40,408 bases of DNA from Octopus bimaculoides (GCF_001194135.2 NC_068982.1:167079274-167119681), one strand, 5' to 3'; numbered from the stretch's first letter, positions 11,901 through 24,915 are shown. Notes: generated by a model not told the origin, from the sequence alone. Made by a program: numbers and translations.

Positions 11901-13286
11901 TCTACTTTATGAATGAGATGAAAAGTTGATGGCTTATATCTTATCACAATTATAACATTGTTTCTGCAGTCAAAATGCTTAATGCACAACAGCTGAGGTT
12001 CACTTAGTTTCAAGTAAGTTGTTGCTGACTAAAGTCAACCCTGATCAGAGAGATTAACAGTCAAAGTTGTCCCAGCTATGAGTATCCTGTCTTTTTTCAG
12101 GAATTGAGTACCCAGGGTTACATTATCTAATGTATCATCTTGTAAGCACAGTTACCTCCCTTGACAGTGGGTTAAAACAAGCTTGTGCTAGATGGCACAA
12201 GTAGAGGGGGGGATTCTGACACGAGGTCTTGCGTCTTCTTTTGGTATCTGGATGTCTGAGAGCAAAGATATGACCTAGTTGGCTCTCTTACAACACACGC
12301 CAACTAGCAGACATGAGGTAGTACACAGAAGATGAACATGGCCTTCATTCATCAAACTCTTTCCTTTATTATTCAATTGTATATGTTTGAGACCTCTAGT
12401 AAAGGTATTTAAAGTGATAGCCTTGTTATATGAATTCATTGTACCGTGTTCCTTTATCAAGTGATATTACAGCCTTCTGAACAGAGTCCTCATCAGATGG
12501 CTTCAAGACCATTTTGGATGATGATGTTCTCAGGTTGTGAAGCCATCTAAAATCTTTTAGAACTGTAGAATGTGCTTTAAAGATTTGTTTTCTATCTCTA
12601 GTAAGATGAGCAATGAGAGAGACAGAGTATCTCTCAAGTTCTAAGTCGATTTTTCTTTTCTCTTTTTATAACACCAGGTCAGTTCTGATGAAATAGACCT
12701 ATGATTAAAAGCATCCTAGCTACGACCATCCTGGTTTTAAAGAATACATTATCTAATGTGACATTGCTGTGATGGCAGAGTAAAATATTAGGGAAATTTA
12801 GGTGCTATTTCTAGCAGGTTGTTTGTAGGATATTACAATTAACTTCTTTAAAGAAGCCTAACATTGTAAAAGAGAAAAATGTTTCATTGGCTTGTGGTGC
12901 AGAATTCCTATCTTCTCATGGGAATTTACCAGTGATAGAGTATGTTATCCAGAGAAGGAATTCTGTCAAGTAAACTCCTAAATTAAAGGAAACAGTTAAG
13001 AATCTGTGTTGGTTTAAGTTAATGAGACTAAATGGAAGATTCAGGTTCAACTTAGCAAGATTGACATGGCTAAACTATGTATAGGTTGCACACTTTCTAA
13101 TGAATAAAAGGGAGATTGAGCCTTAACATCTGTAACTTTGGACTTTACAAGTATTGACAATGTTTATTCTAATCTTTTCTTATAAGGAAGTGCATGACTC
13201 AATCACCTATACACAATCTGACCTGTTAGTCTTGCTAAGTTGATTATCAGCCCTCCTTTTGATCTCTTTAATTTAAATCAATGACC

Positions 13287-13743
13287 TGGCATCCGTGCTA
13301 GTAGAGCGCAAAGGGCACCATCCAAGCGTGACCGTTGCCAGAGCAGCTGATTGGCTTCCGTGCCGGTAGCATGTAAAAAGCACCATTCAAGCGTGATCAT
13401 TATCAGCGTCACCTTACTGGCACTTGTGCCAGTGACACATGAAAAAATATTCGAGCGAGGTCGTTACCAGTGCCACTGGATTGGCTCCTGTGCAGGTGGC
13501 ACGTAAAAAACACCATTTGAGCATGACTGCTGCCAGTACCACCTGACTGGCCCTTGTACCAGTGGCATGTAAAAGTACCCACTACACTCTAGGAGTGGTT
13601 GGTGTTAGGAAGGGCATCCAGCTGTAGAAACTCTGCCAGATCAGATTGGAGCCTGGTGCAGCCATTTGGTTCGCCAGTCCTCAGCCAAATTGTCCAACCC
13701 ATGCCAGCATGGAAAGCGAACGTTAAATGATGATGGTGATGAC
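13287..13743 (+). mobile_element. Older, longer family C copy with about 4 internal ~65-bp tandem units
   Basis: Repeating gcaccattcaagcgtg...gccag...actggc...gtgccggtggcacgtaaaaa units spaced 64-66 nt, then the C tail with a degenerate (GAT)n. Confidence 0.85.
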
Positions 13744-14279
13744 TCTGTAGCATATTTTACCTTATATTTCAACTAAACTATATAGAACTCTCTCTTTTCT
13801 TCCTTGATAAGGGCCTGCATTTTGCTTTCCTCATAGTAATAATATTTATTGTAACTACCCCAGCATTTCTTGTAAAATTTGAATTATCTCTTAAATGAAA
13901 AGACAGACAACACATAACTGAAATGAATGGATGATAAAGCAGACTTGTCCAAATTAAGGCACTGATTATGCTAATTTTATTTGGTTTCATCTTCATTTCT
14001 TTGAAGGCTTTGTTTACATACATTATTCATACATATACATATATTTGCTATCAGAAACCTAAAATATTTTCAGTGACATTAGTAGCTAAGATCCATTATA
14101 GACTGAGAACTATTATGTAAATAAATTATATTAATACATTATGAGTTATAGACACCTTATATTTGGTATGTCTAATAGGTTGTTCATATTTACAGATTCT
14201 TATAACTATAAATAAATTATATATTAGCTGTACTGAAAGTGGACCACTTTCAGTACTGCTAGTAGAATTTTTTTGATTA

Positions 14280-15120
14280 TAGGTATAAGGCCTGGAATTT
14301 TGGGTGAGTGACTAGTTGATTACATTAACCCCAGTGCTTCTGGTATTTATTTCATCAAACCTGAAATGATGAATGGCAAAGTCGACCTTGATAGAATTTG
14401 AACACAGAACATGAAGACCGACAAAATTCCACAAGACATTTTGTCTGGCATGCTACCAATTCTGCCAGCTTGCCATCATAATTTATTTTATTTGCTATTA
14501 GAGTGATGGGTGATGGGGGCAGGCAATACAAAGACAAAGTGTGGGGATGTACATAGAATGAAATGATTTAAGAAAGGAAAACAGTATACAAGGTATAAAG
14601 TACTAACAAAAATAAATGCAAATATAAATGGTAGGTGGGGGGGGGGCAGCATTTCTAATTAAGGTACAAGGCTAGCAATTTTGACGGGAGGGGATTAATC
14701 AATACCAACAACCCCAGTACTTGACTTGTACTTTATTTTTATTGAGCCTGAAAGGATGAAAAGCAAAGTTGACCTCAGTGGGATTTGAACTCAGAAAATA
14801 AAGATCTGCAAGAAACATCACAAAGCATTTTGTTTGATGTTCTAAGGATTCTGCCAATCTACTGTCATAATGATGAGAAGATGAGGATGATAATGACCAT
14901 AATTCCTAATATGGACACAAGGCCTCAATATTTTTAGGGGATGGTTGTAGTCAGTCGTATTATTCCCCAAACATGGTTGACATTTTTTGGGGGTTTTTTT
15001 TTATCATGCCCAGGGAGATGAAATACAAAGTTGGCTCCAATGGGATTTGAACACAGAGTTGAGATGAACATAACAAAATATTGTAAGACATTTAGTCAAG
15101 CCCTAACTACTCTTCCACCT
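14280..15120 (-). mobile_element. Cluster of three decayed family D SINEs, same orientation
   Basis: Copies at about 14280-14475, 14660-14865 and 14915-15115; the first two show gaaaggatgaaa(g)gcaaagttgacct...gaatttgaac, the third is more degenerate. Confidence 0.7.
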
Positions 15121-15125
15121 CACCA

Positions 15126-15170
<45 letters not shown>

Positions 15171-16139
15171 AAAAACAACAATAATATATCAAAGTCAATT
15201 CAGTCAACATTCTATCTCTTTCTACAAATAAAAATTGGCACTGAGCCATGTGCAGTCAAAAGAAATCAATCTTTAATGGAATATGAGGTTAGTATCGGTG
15301 GTCAAAATATCTCTTACTACTTTCATGATATTAAACAATGCTGTCATGTAAATTTGCCCAAACCATGTCATTGAGTGGCAAGAGGAAACATTAAAATGCT
15401 GTTAACCAAAATGAAAAGAGAAAAGAACAAAGGAAGTGGAGAAGCTGTTGCTGTTGTTATTTACCTTCAGGTTGGACTTGATTAAGTAGAACAATGATGA
15501 AAGGTGTTTCAAGTGCCATTATCCAGTTTTTTTTTTTTGTTTTTGTTTTCATTGCAGAATTGCAGACATACTATACTTGTGACTACATTATCCAATGTAT
15601 CTTTATTTTTAAATTAAAAAATGATAAAGCAAGGTTTTAAGAAGTTTTAGCTGCTATTTCTAGCAGACCATGCAAATGTGTAGACACTTCATAATTAACA
15701 TGGTGCTTAGAAAGAGAGGATAAAAATAAACCCTCAGTACAGAAGATAAGTTTGGTAAGTTTGATAGAGTCCTGGAAAAGAAAATTACTAACCAATCAGA
15801 CCTATGAGCAAACACAGGTTAGCCATAACCAGCACATATTTTTGCATATCTAGGGCTTTGAATTTAAAGGAATTTGTCTGGTATCTCTATGAAGTTGAAT
15901 ACCCATATACAGAATGAGAGCAGGTTCACAAAGATATGGTTTGGGCAACATGTCCTTAAAAGAAAAGAATTGGTTGTGAAACATTAGGAAATGAAAACTT
16001 AGATGATAATAATAATAATGAAATTATTGTGTATAGTGCTCAGGTGCACTACAACTATTCAAAGGTTCATGTGCAGTACATAGAATTATGTACAAAAGTC
16101 AGGAAAGTGAACAGTGTATGAGTCATGATATACATGTGT

Positions 16140-16440
16140 GCATGCATATGGAGTAGGGGATATCAGGTGTAGTGTAGGCGAATTTCAGGAAACATGGAGG
16201 TTTTAAAGGATGCAATGTCACGACAACTAACAACTGATGCAAGTAGTTTGTTCCATGCTTCAGCAACTCTGAGTGTGAAAAAATGTTTCTGAACGTCATG
16301 GGAGCTGTGCTGTTTCCTAACTTTGTAGGCATACCCACGTGTGTTAGACACATGGAGCTCAAAAAGGTGCTCAAGGTGGTTGTTGGTATGATGGTTAATA
16401 AATTTGTGGGTGTTTAGCAAGTCAGTTGGCAGACATCAGA
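16140..16440 (-). mobile_element. CR1 LINE 3' end (RT C-terminus)
   Basis: SNTRGYAYKVRKQHSSHDVQKHFFTLRVAEAWNKL...IASFK matches the CR1 TRGH..K....RK.FFS.RV...WN.LP motif. Confidence 0.8.
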
Positions 16441-16515
16441 GCTTCAACATATCTATGCCCAGGGAAGCAAGGCGTTCAGATAGCAGAAGGTTTGGTTTGT
16501 TTTTTGGTAGATGTA

Positions 16516-16516
<1 letters not shown>

Positions 16517-16609
<93 letters not shown>

Positions 16610-16635
16610 ATGAGAGAGGAGAGAGAGAGAGAGAG
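16517..16635. repeat. (TG)n followed by (GA)n microsatellite
   Basis: Direct reading; source of the CVCV/HTHT ORFs. Confidence 0.95.
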
Positions 16636-17349
16636 AAGGAGGAAGAAAATTGACACTACACAGTGAGTTATTGTCTAATAAAGTAAGATACATTTACACT
16701 TCTAGAGAATATTTACAGTATTAAAGTTTTAAAACAGGCAAGCATTAGAGACAGGAAGAGAAAATAACACCTTGATAATTAGTTTATATCTAACACATGC
16801 TAACATGCAAAAACAGTTGTAAAACAAAAAAACAACTTTCGTCTGAAGGAAGTAAATCAACAAGAGTTGTAGCAGATACAGATAGGATAAAAGAAAGCAA
16901 CCTCTTAGATATGGGTTAAAAAATGATAGGTTGTAATAAAATAAGCATCTCTATTCAATGGAATACCACATAGAAAATAAAATATAAAGAAAAGCAGAGA
17001 TTCAATAAATTTATTATTATCATTATTTTTTTTTTTCTATGCTAGCATGAGTAGAATGGTTTTCTATAAATTTGGATATCTGCATATTTTCTGATCAATA
17101 TTTTTTTTTTAACAACTAGCTATTCTTGTTTTCTTACTGACAACCATTTACTTTTAAAATAAGAGACCACCACCATAGCAGCCCTACAAAGTAAAGAACA
17201 GTTATGTACCTTGCTCAAGATCACAACAATATAGTAAAGTTTAAATTTAGTCAGTTAAGAGATCGGAATCTATAAGTTATTCATAACAAGCATAGACTAA
17301 TTTATATCACTTCAATGATGAAGAGTTACAAAAATTGTGTGATACTTAC

Positions 17350-17590
17350 ACTTTCTGGCTAACTGATAGAAAGGATATCGCATTCCTTGATAATACATGT
17401 TATCATCTATGATAACCAACAAGTGAAATTCTTCTTTTTTCATGTCCTGCATAAAGCTATTGTTTATTTTAGTCCATAGATCAGGGCACACATTAACAGG
17501 TATTTCTGCTTTAACATTTGGGAAAATTTTGAGAATATTCTCAACACAACATACTATATCTTCCCGATATTTCTTCCAATTTGCAGCTCC
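17350..17590 (-). CDS. PSTK: PSTK coding exon 2 (Walker B region IIDDNMYY)
   Basis: Acceptor ttacag|GGA, phase 0; GAANWKKYRED...LVIIDDNMYYQGMRYPFYQLARK; donor T|GTAAGT, phase 1. Confidence 0.93.
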
Positions 17591-18559
17591 CTGTAATGAA
17601 GAAATAATCATAATTTGAAACATAAAAGGAATAAAGTGACAACCTAGAGCAGTGCTTTTCAATCTTTTAGAGGTGGCAAACATGCTTTTATTTCTCTAAA
17701 AAGGAGGAATACCTTATAAACATACTTTTTAAAAATCTAAATACTGTACAGCCATTAAATAATATGTACTAATGATGAAAATAGGCAGTCAATCTTTAAC
17801 TTAAACCTGAAAATTGTGAAACTCATGGCCTATAATTATTATGTAACTACCACTAAAACCATCATTTTAATGTAGTGTGTCAAGAGTAAATGAACTTGGT
17901 GGAGTTCATCTTACCTCAAGCTGTGAATAACAGATAGAAGTGACTCACCAGGAATCAAACAAGCTCAGTTTACTGGAAGCTTACCAGTATTCCAGAGTGT
18001 TTACACCCAACACATATCATCATCATTTAATATCCATTTTCCATGCTGCATGGCTGGATGACTTGACAGGAGATGGCAAGACAGAGGACTGTGCCAAGCT
18101 CTGCTGTCTTCTTTGGCATGGTTTCTAAGATTAGATGCCCTTCCTAATGCCAATCATTTTACAGTGTGTACAGGTTGCATTTTATGTGGCACCAGCAAGA
18201 ACATCAAGCAACTTGCAAGACAAGACCCCACAACTGAGTGGGGGATAGTATTGAGGAAGATTGTGTGTGTGTGTGTGTGTGTGTGTGTAATGTTCTTTTA
18301 GTAGTTTCCATCACAAGCCTATGGCTAAGCTGGAGTCCCGCTCTCAAATGCACCAGTATTTTGTCTGGTATTTATTTTCTTGATCTTGTATGGTATGAAA
18401 GACAAATCATTCTTGGCATGAAGGAGGATAACTCAGTCAGAATATAGCAAGATACTTTGTCTGATGCTATTTTGTTTACCAAATGTTGATATATATATAT
18501 ACACACATACACAGACACACACACATGTATGTATTTATGTATGTACGCATGCATGCATA

Positions 18560-18725
18560 CATATGTGTGTGAGTGTGTGCATGCATGATGAGTTTCTGCA
18601 GTTTCTGTACACCTAATACCATTCACAGGGCTATGGTAGAAGATTCTCTCGGTTAACACAGAAGTATTGTCCTCAGAACCATGAGGTTGTACAGCAAACT
18701 TCTTAGCCACACAGCCATGCCTGTG
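18560..18725 (-). mobile_element. Decayed AB-type SINE head
   Basis: ...cctcagaaccatgaggttgtacagcaaacttcttagccacacagccatgcctg is a reverse-complement tRNA-like head. Confidence 0.55.
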
Positions 18726-19496
18726 CATTACAGTATATTGTTTTTATATTGTCCGTTTATGATGAACAGTATACTTCAGTGGACCCCATTAGTAAGAAAG
18801 ACTAAGAAATTTTTGTAGGAAAAGACATAAAAAGCAAAGCTGTGACATTCATATCTTTTCTAAGTGGAGAAGAAAAAGTGTCTTCAACTTAATCATGTAG
18901 ACGTTTCAATATCTGGAGCGCTGCACCCACCAAAACACATTTTAGGTCAGCAAAATAAAGAAAGTTAAGCACTGAACAGGCAACAGTTTACAGCCACTGT
19001 TTTGTTGATAAGCTGTCTCCTCCTTCCAAAATTTCTACTGAAGCTACAGAGCCTCTCTATAGTTGTCCCTCCTCTAGAAATAGCAGCAAACTCTCCCTAC
19101 AATGAACCCCTGATGTCTGAAATAAGGACGAATACATTGGACAGTGATATTCAAAAAGGGTGGGAAGGACATGACTGAAATCTCTTTGATTGTATGTCTG
19201 CTCAGTCGGGGCTGAGGCATAGGACTAAACAACTACATCATTATCATCTCACAACCATCACTGCCACCACCATCAACCACTACAACTACAGCAGTCTTTG
19301 CCAGTTTGATAGACATTTGCTTTAAATTGCGTATCCAATATATTTTTACCAATCCTTCTTTTTCTAAATTTGCAACACTTTAGAATTTCCTTCCTGCCTG
19401 TGTTTTCATTCCTTGAGCCTACAAGAGAACCTCTACATGACCACTCAATTTTCATGAAATAATAGTCACTCCTCTTTTAAATCATGCCCTATTTCC

Positions 19497-19536
<40 letters not shown>

Positions 19537-19699
19537 AAGAAAGAAAAAGGAAAACACGTAGAAGACATATATGTAATCCTACATATATGGGAATGGCTGG
19601 AAAATATTTGACCATGAATCAAGATTATTTAGTGGTAATCTGGGGCTAAAGAACAGTTTGTCATGCTTGTATCATCCAGTCATACATTGGTACTTCACT

Positions 19700-19845
19700 A
19701 AGAGAGTACCCCAGTATTTGACTGATACTTATTTGAAGGATGAAAGATAAAGTCAACTCAGGCAGAATTGTATTCAAAAGAGTGCAGCTACCTCAAGGCA
19801 TTTTGTCTGACAGCCTAACCTAATGATTCTACCAGCTTACCACTC
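19700..19845 (-). mobile_element. Decayed family D SINE
   Basis: ccccagtatttgactgatactt...gaaggatgaaagataaagtcaactcaggcagaatt...gcattttgtctg...gattctaccagcttacc. Confidence 0.6.
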
Positions 19846-20039
19846 TAACAACAACAATAACATTTTTCTAATTCTCTGATATCCCAGAGGAGACTTCTTG
19901 AACTACATAGTAATTTCTTAGATTGGCACATCACCAAAAATTGTTGGGGAGAGTATAAGAATCTCTCCTGGCAAAAGGACAACCTTAACACAATGGCCTA
20001 TCTCTTTAGAGCCAGAAAATACTTCAGCCCTCAACAATT

Positions 20040-20420
20040 GTTAACACTTTCTATAAAGTTGAAAACCGGCCCCAAATGTAATATCGCTTCCACACTTAGA
20101 ATGATGTCGCTGCTATGCATACAGACTGCATCCAGAAGAGGGCCACTTGACTTATTGGCATTAAATCACTAATAGCTTCTGACTCATAAATGCTCATCTG
20201 TTCTCTTTTCATAACTATAATGGTCCCTATTCCTCTGAACTACTGGTTTTGTACCTACACTTGTCTCTTTCCCTCTCTCATCACTCTTACTGCACACCCC
20301 ACCACTAACCATCATGCCCAGGCCTTCCTTCCCAGATCATCTTTCCTATGGAAACTTCTCTCTGCAGGTGTTGATCTGTAACAGTTTAAACATGACATTA
20401 ATAGCATCAAGCTCTTTGGT
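20040..20420 (+). mobile_element. Decayed CR1/L2-group LINE RT C-terminus
   Basis: DCIQKRAT*LIG, LFHNYNGPYSSEL and TNHHAQAFLPRSSFLWKLL resemble LDRIQKRAIRLIG / LFYRYY.G.CSSEL / SFFPRTSRLWNSLP. Confidence 0.6.
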
Positions 20421-20494
20421 CTCAGAGATCATAGACACTGCCTCTTCTTGCAGACTCAGCAAGTAACATGTATATATATTTTAGTTAAACTTAT

Positions 20495-20660
20495 TGACCC
20501 CAGTAACATTTTTTTTATAAAGCCTGGTATTTATTCTATTGGTTTCTTTTGCTGAACCACTAAGTTAGGAGGATTGTAAACACACCAACACCAGTTGCCA
20601 AGTGGTGGTGGGAGACAAACACATATATAAACACACACACACACACAACAGGTACTTTTG
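20495..20660 (-). mobile_element. AB SINE body fragment
   Basis: aagcctggtatttattctattggt...gaaccactaagtt...gtaaacacaccaacaccagttgccaagtgg. Confidence 0.65.
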
Positions 20661-20725
20661 CAATCAAACCATAATAGATAAACGTCAAACCTTGCAGTAT
20701 TTAAATTCCCTAAACACTGAAAGGT

Positions 20726-20764
20726 ATTTTGTCAGGTGCTCCGTTGCGGAGCACCTGACAAAAT
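20726..20764. repeat. Perfect 18-bp inverted repeat, 3-nt spacer
   Basis: ATTTTGTCAGGTGCTCCG-TTG-CGGAGCACCTGACAAAAT. Confidence 0.95.
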
Positions 20765-21174
20765 GGATATATCAGTAGTTTCAGTTACATAATGAAGGTT
20801 CATGAATGTGAATGTGTGTGAGCATTAGAATATGGCACCTGAGGAGGGTTAGAGAATACACAAATAAAAATAATGATTGGAGAAAGTCAATATAATTGCC
20901 TTAACAAATTTATATTATCACTTTGGTCATATTGCCTGTATATCAGATATCATTTCGTGATCTTTATATGTCTTTGACAAAAAAGATTTAATTCTTGCTC
21001 GGTCAGTCCTAATTATGCAATACAGTAGCAATGTCAATATATAAATAAAATTTATTTCATTAATTTGCTGTCTTACAAGTGTAGGTTTGAAAGAAATGAT
21101 CTCAGTAAGTTTGGGAGACTCTACAAAGAATAGTTTATCTAATGTACAGAGACATCAAGATTTAAAATTTTTAC

Positions 21175-21363
21175 CTGTTGCACTAAGTTAGGCTTTTCTG
21201 TCAGGATAGCAGTAATATTGTCTGGCATTAAGTCATCATATGAAAGATGAACAACATGATAGATGCTGTTGAACTCTGGTGATGCTTTCAGTCTTTTAGC
21301 CAAAGTTGTTTTACCACAGGCAGGCAGACCACAAAGAATTAGTAAGCACATATCCATGTTCAT
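21175..21363 (-). CDS. PSTK: PSTK coding exon 1 (63 aa, Walker A CGLPACGKTT)
   Basis: MNMDMCLLILCGLPACGKTTLAKRL...SYDDLMP...LVQQ; donor CAG|GTAAAA at 21175/21174. Acceptor ataccag|G lies 10 nt before the ATG (21373), with an in-frame TAG just upstream of the ATG. Confidence 0.93.
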
Positions 21364-21677
21364 GGGCTAAGACCTGGTATAATGAAATAACAACAACAGT
21401 AAAACAATAACAACAACAATAACATGAGCATTAAATTTTGGCATAAGGCCAGCAATTTTAGGGGGAGTAAGTTGATTATATTGACCTCAGTATTCAAACT
21501 TTGTCTAGGGTACAGTAGTGACTTAATAGGGGTAGGCAAATTCTGGAAGGACAGCTGTTGTCATAACACACATTTTGAAGTATTAAACTTTATTTTATAT
21601 ACTGTATATTAGTCAAGCCTGATATATATTAGTCAATCAGTCTGCCTCTTTTTCTTATGTTATGGATTGGTAGTTTG

Positions 21678-21831
21678 TGGTGTTAGGAAGGGCATCCAGC
21701 TGTAGAAACTCTGCCAAATCAGACTGGAGCCTGGTGTTGCCATCCGGTTTCACCAGTCCTCAGTCAAATCGTCCAACCCATGCTAGCATGGAAAGCGGAC
21801 GTTAAACGATGATGATGATGATGATGATGAT
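21678..21831 (+). mobile_element. Young 5'-truncated family C copy
   Basis: Near-identical to the 3' part of 1-245, with (GAT)n tail. Confidence 0.85.
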
Positions 21832-22019
21832 AACCTTTCTAAGGTCATTAACAGTGTTGGTAGAAAAGTAAGTTGAAATGATACTGAAAAATGCAGTTTA
21901 GAATTTTTGTCCAAATACTTTGGGTATATTTATTTCGTTCTAATACATATATACATGTATGGTTTCTTTCAAGTTTTCTAATTCTCTCTTTAGTCCATTT
22001 AGTCATTTTGTTAAGGAGC

Positions 22020-22340
22020 TAGATATCAGACAAAGGAGTTTGTTCAGAGACAGCTACATGGTCCAGGTTCTCATTGTCATAAGTAGAAAAATTCCCAACT
22101 TGTTTGAAGACAAATCCTGATAATCAGATGCAGGAATCCTTGTTTTAAGTATGCATTCTATGCATCTGATTCAATGAAGACCTTTTCCCAGCTGATACCT
22201 GGAAAGTTAAAGCTCTCTGTCATTATGATATTAGGAACCATGGCTTCCTTCAAATCACTTGATGAACCATTGATGAGATTCTGACTAGGAAATTTGGAGT
22301 AGCATACAGTCTCAAAGTGTTGCTTGTCAATCCTTATACC
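22020..22340 (-). mobile_element. Possible CR1/L2 APE endonuclease fossil
   Basis: Minus NIIMTESFNFPGISW and KQVGNFSTYDNENLDHV resemble GDFNFP.I.W and Q.V..PTR..NILDLV. Confidence 0.4.
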
Positions 22341-24915
22341 AACAAATACAAATTCATCCTCTTTACTGCTACTTTCATGAGTAACTGTGACATTTTAACT
22401 TTCCTTTTATACTAATCAATACCCCCACCTCCACATGTATTATAGTTTTGAGATAAAAGATGAACTCTTGGATAATATTGGTTTCAAATTTTGGTACAGG
22501 GCCAGAGAAAGACAGACGAAATGCTGCTAAGCATTTTGCCCATCATGCTAACAATTCTGCCAGCCCGCTGTTTTCACTCTTGGATAATATTGTTAACCAA
22601 ACTATCAGCATCACAGTGTCTTCCTGGCAGAATGATTACTGAAGATGTGTGCTAAACTAGTGATGTTAAGATATATATTTTATTGCATTGAGTTTCATCT
22701 GACTATTGAATGATTTCACCAAATATTTTGTGGGATGTTGCAATTGATAAGGTTAATTCCATTACTCGACAGGTACATATAGTCCAACCCATACCAGCAT
22801 GGAAAAGGGACATTAAACAACTATGCTAATGATGATATTTTATCTACCCTAGAAGGAAGAAAAACAGATAAATATCACTTCAATAGGATTTTAATATAAA
22901 AATGTAAATCTGAGGTTTATTGTTTAGCACTCTACCAATTCTCACTCTTACCATCTTAATGGAAACAATAATTTCTAACTTAGGCCAAAGCTATATTTTG
23001 GGGGATGGTACTGACCTCAGTACTTGACTGATATCTTATTTTATCAATCTAAGAATGATGAAAATAAAGTCAACCCAACCATACATAATGATGTCATGGG
23101 AAACCAAAAAAAAAAAAAATGCAGAGATGACTGTTCTATAAAAAAAAAAAGGACCATCAGCAAAGTAATGGGGAAAAGTTAAATCATATTTAACTAGAAA
23201 AATGTAACACTTGAGCATATGATCTTTAAAGACATAAAATAAATAGTACACTGAAAACTAATTCAAATATAAATGTTGCTGCTTTTATAACATCATAAAG
23301 AAAATATAAACAGAAATCAAAATAAGAGAAAGCCAATGCAAAAACAAAGGCCATTAAATTTTCATAAATAAACAATAATGCTTTAAATTAGTTTTAGTCT
23401 TAGGTCCTCCTGTGCCGTGTGGCACATTGGGTGGCAAGAGATGCCAAGATATTGTAAGAACAGTATGTATAAGAAGTATGAAGGACTCCTTAAAGTTATT
23501 TGACTGCTTTATCCAGATTTTTGCTTCTAACAATGCACAAAAAAAAACTTTCTTTTTCCCAATGGTTGAAAAGACTTGTGGCATAACTATGAGACGTAAT
23601 TCCACAGCAAGACTACATATCAACACCATTAATTTAGTGCCCTTTTCCCATGCTTTTATGGGTCAGAAAAAATTTATCGAAGCTGATTTTTATAGCCAGA
23701 TACCTCTTCCTATCACTAACCCTCATTTGTTTCTAAGCAAAGTAATACTGGCCACTAAGTTACCCATTAGTACTAACAACTGAGAGATTCTCAAGAATGT
23801 TTCTAGATACCGGAAATATTCTGGCCACTATGGCTTTGTTGTGGTGTGCATAAAAACCCCAATAATCTGAAGGTGCCATCTTTGCTGCAGTCCATTACCA
23901 GGACCACTGACTAACTATCCTGATTCAAAAAGAACATCCATACCTCAAGATTCACTCGTTTCTGAAACAATATTGCATCTCATTTGATTCAAATCAGATG
24001 TTAATAAGTGTGACAAAAATCTTGGTCATGCTGTTGGCTACTGCAGTCTATATCTTAATCACCCAAGGATGTTATGCAAGCAACCTTGCATCCAGGTCAA
24101 CCCAAGACATGTAGATGTATACACCCTACTTTTCGTAGGTTGTATAAATGTACATTTCACTGCTGTAATTTACACACTCCTTTAAATTACTGGTTGTGTT
24201 TTTGGTTTGTATTCTTTTTCTACAAGTTTTCTATTTCTGATATCCTTTTGGTTTTAAGAATGAATCTCGTTAAATTTGCTTCACTAACAGAATCCAAAGT
24301 TGCTTTAATACCAAGGTTATGTCATCTCTCTAGACCTGTGTTTGTTGTGGTAGCATCGTTATTGCAGTTTTCTTATTATTAACAACAAAAATATAAAAAA
24401 TATAAGAATAAAAACATTATTAAAGCTAAAAACATTCAGAATACAAATCATTAAGACAGACCTATCTGCATTCAAAACCAAAGTAAACAAAACTCAACAA
24501 AATCAAATCACAGCATATCTACCAGATCCTGACCAACAAAAGCCAGACTAGAATTATACAATAAAAATATGAATAAAAGGATTTGAAAAAGTTTTAACCC
24601 TTTAGTGTTTCAACTGGCCATATATAACCCAAATATTCTACTTTAAGTTCACACTGACCAGATCCAGCCTCTTAAAGCTACCCTACAATGTCATTCTAAA
24701 AATAAACAATAACACTATCAGAATTGTGAGACCATAAGATAATGCATGATTAATTTAAAACAATTTAAGTAAAAAAAAACAGTAAATTTGACAAAATAAT
24801 CTGATTGCTAAAAGGTTAAGAAGAGGAAACTTTTAAGATTTTGAATATGACAATAAAAGTGGAAATAGTTCACTCATCAAAATTGATTGATATCTTCTTT
24901 AGACTCATAAAATAC

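Larger units (their letters stand above)
8458..21373 (-). other. PSTK: PSTK gene span (5 coding exons, 338 aa; 5'UTR exon(s) further right not firmly located)
   Basis: Spliced CDS 21363-21175, 17590-17350, 10652-10460, 9712-9546, 8684-8458 = 189+241+193+167+227 = 1017 nt. All introns GT..AG with matching phases 0,1,2,1. Motifs match animal PSTK as I recall them: P-loop, IIDDNMYY..MRY..YQLARKYSIGFCQ, HQADQILRK.VS. Confidence 0.93.

Noticed and set aside
13287-13580. ~65-bp periodic repeats resembling a CRISPR array
   Set aside because: Whole units are homologous with no unique spacers, they are part of a retroposon, and no cas genes are present.
16404-16693. CVCV/HTHT repeat ORFs
   Set aside because: Translations of a (TG)n microsatellite.
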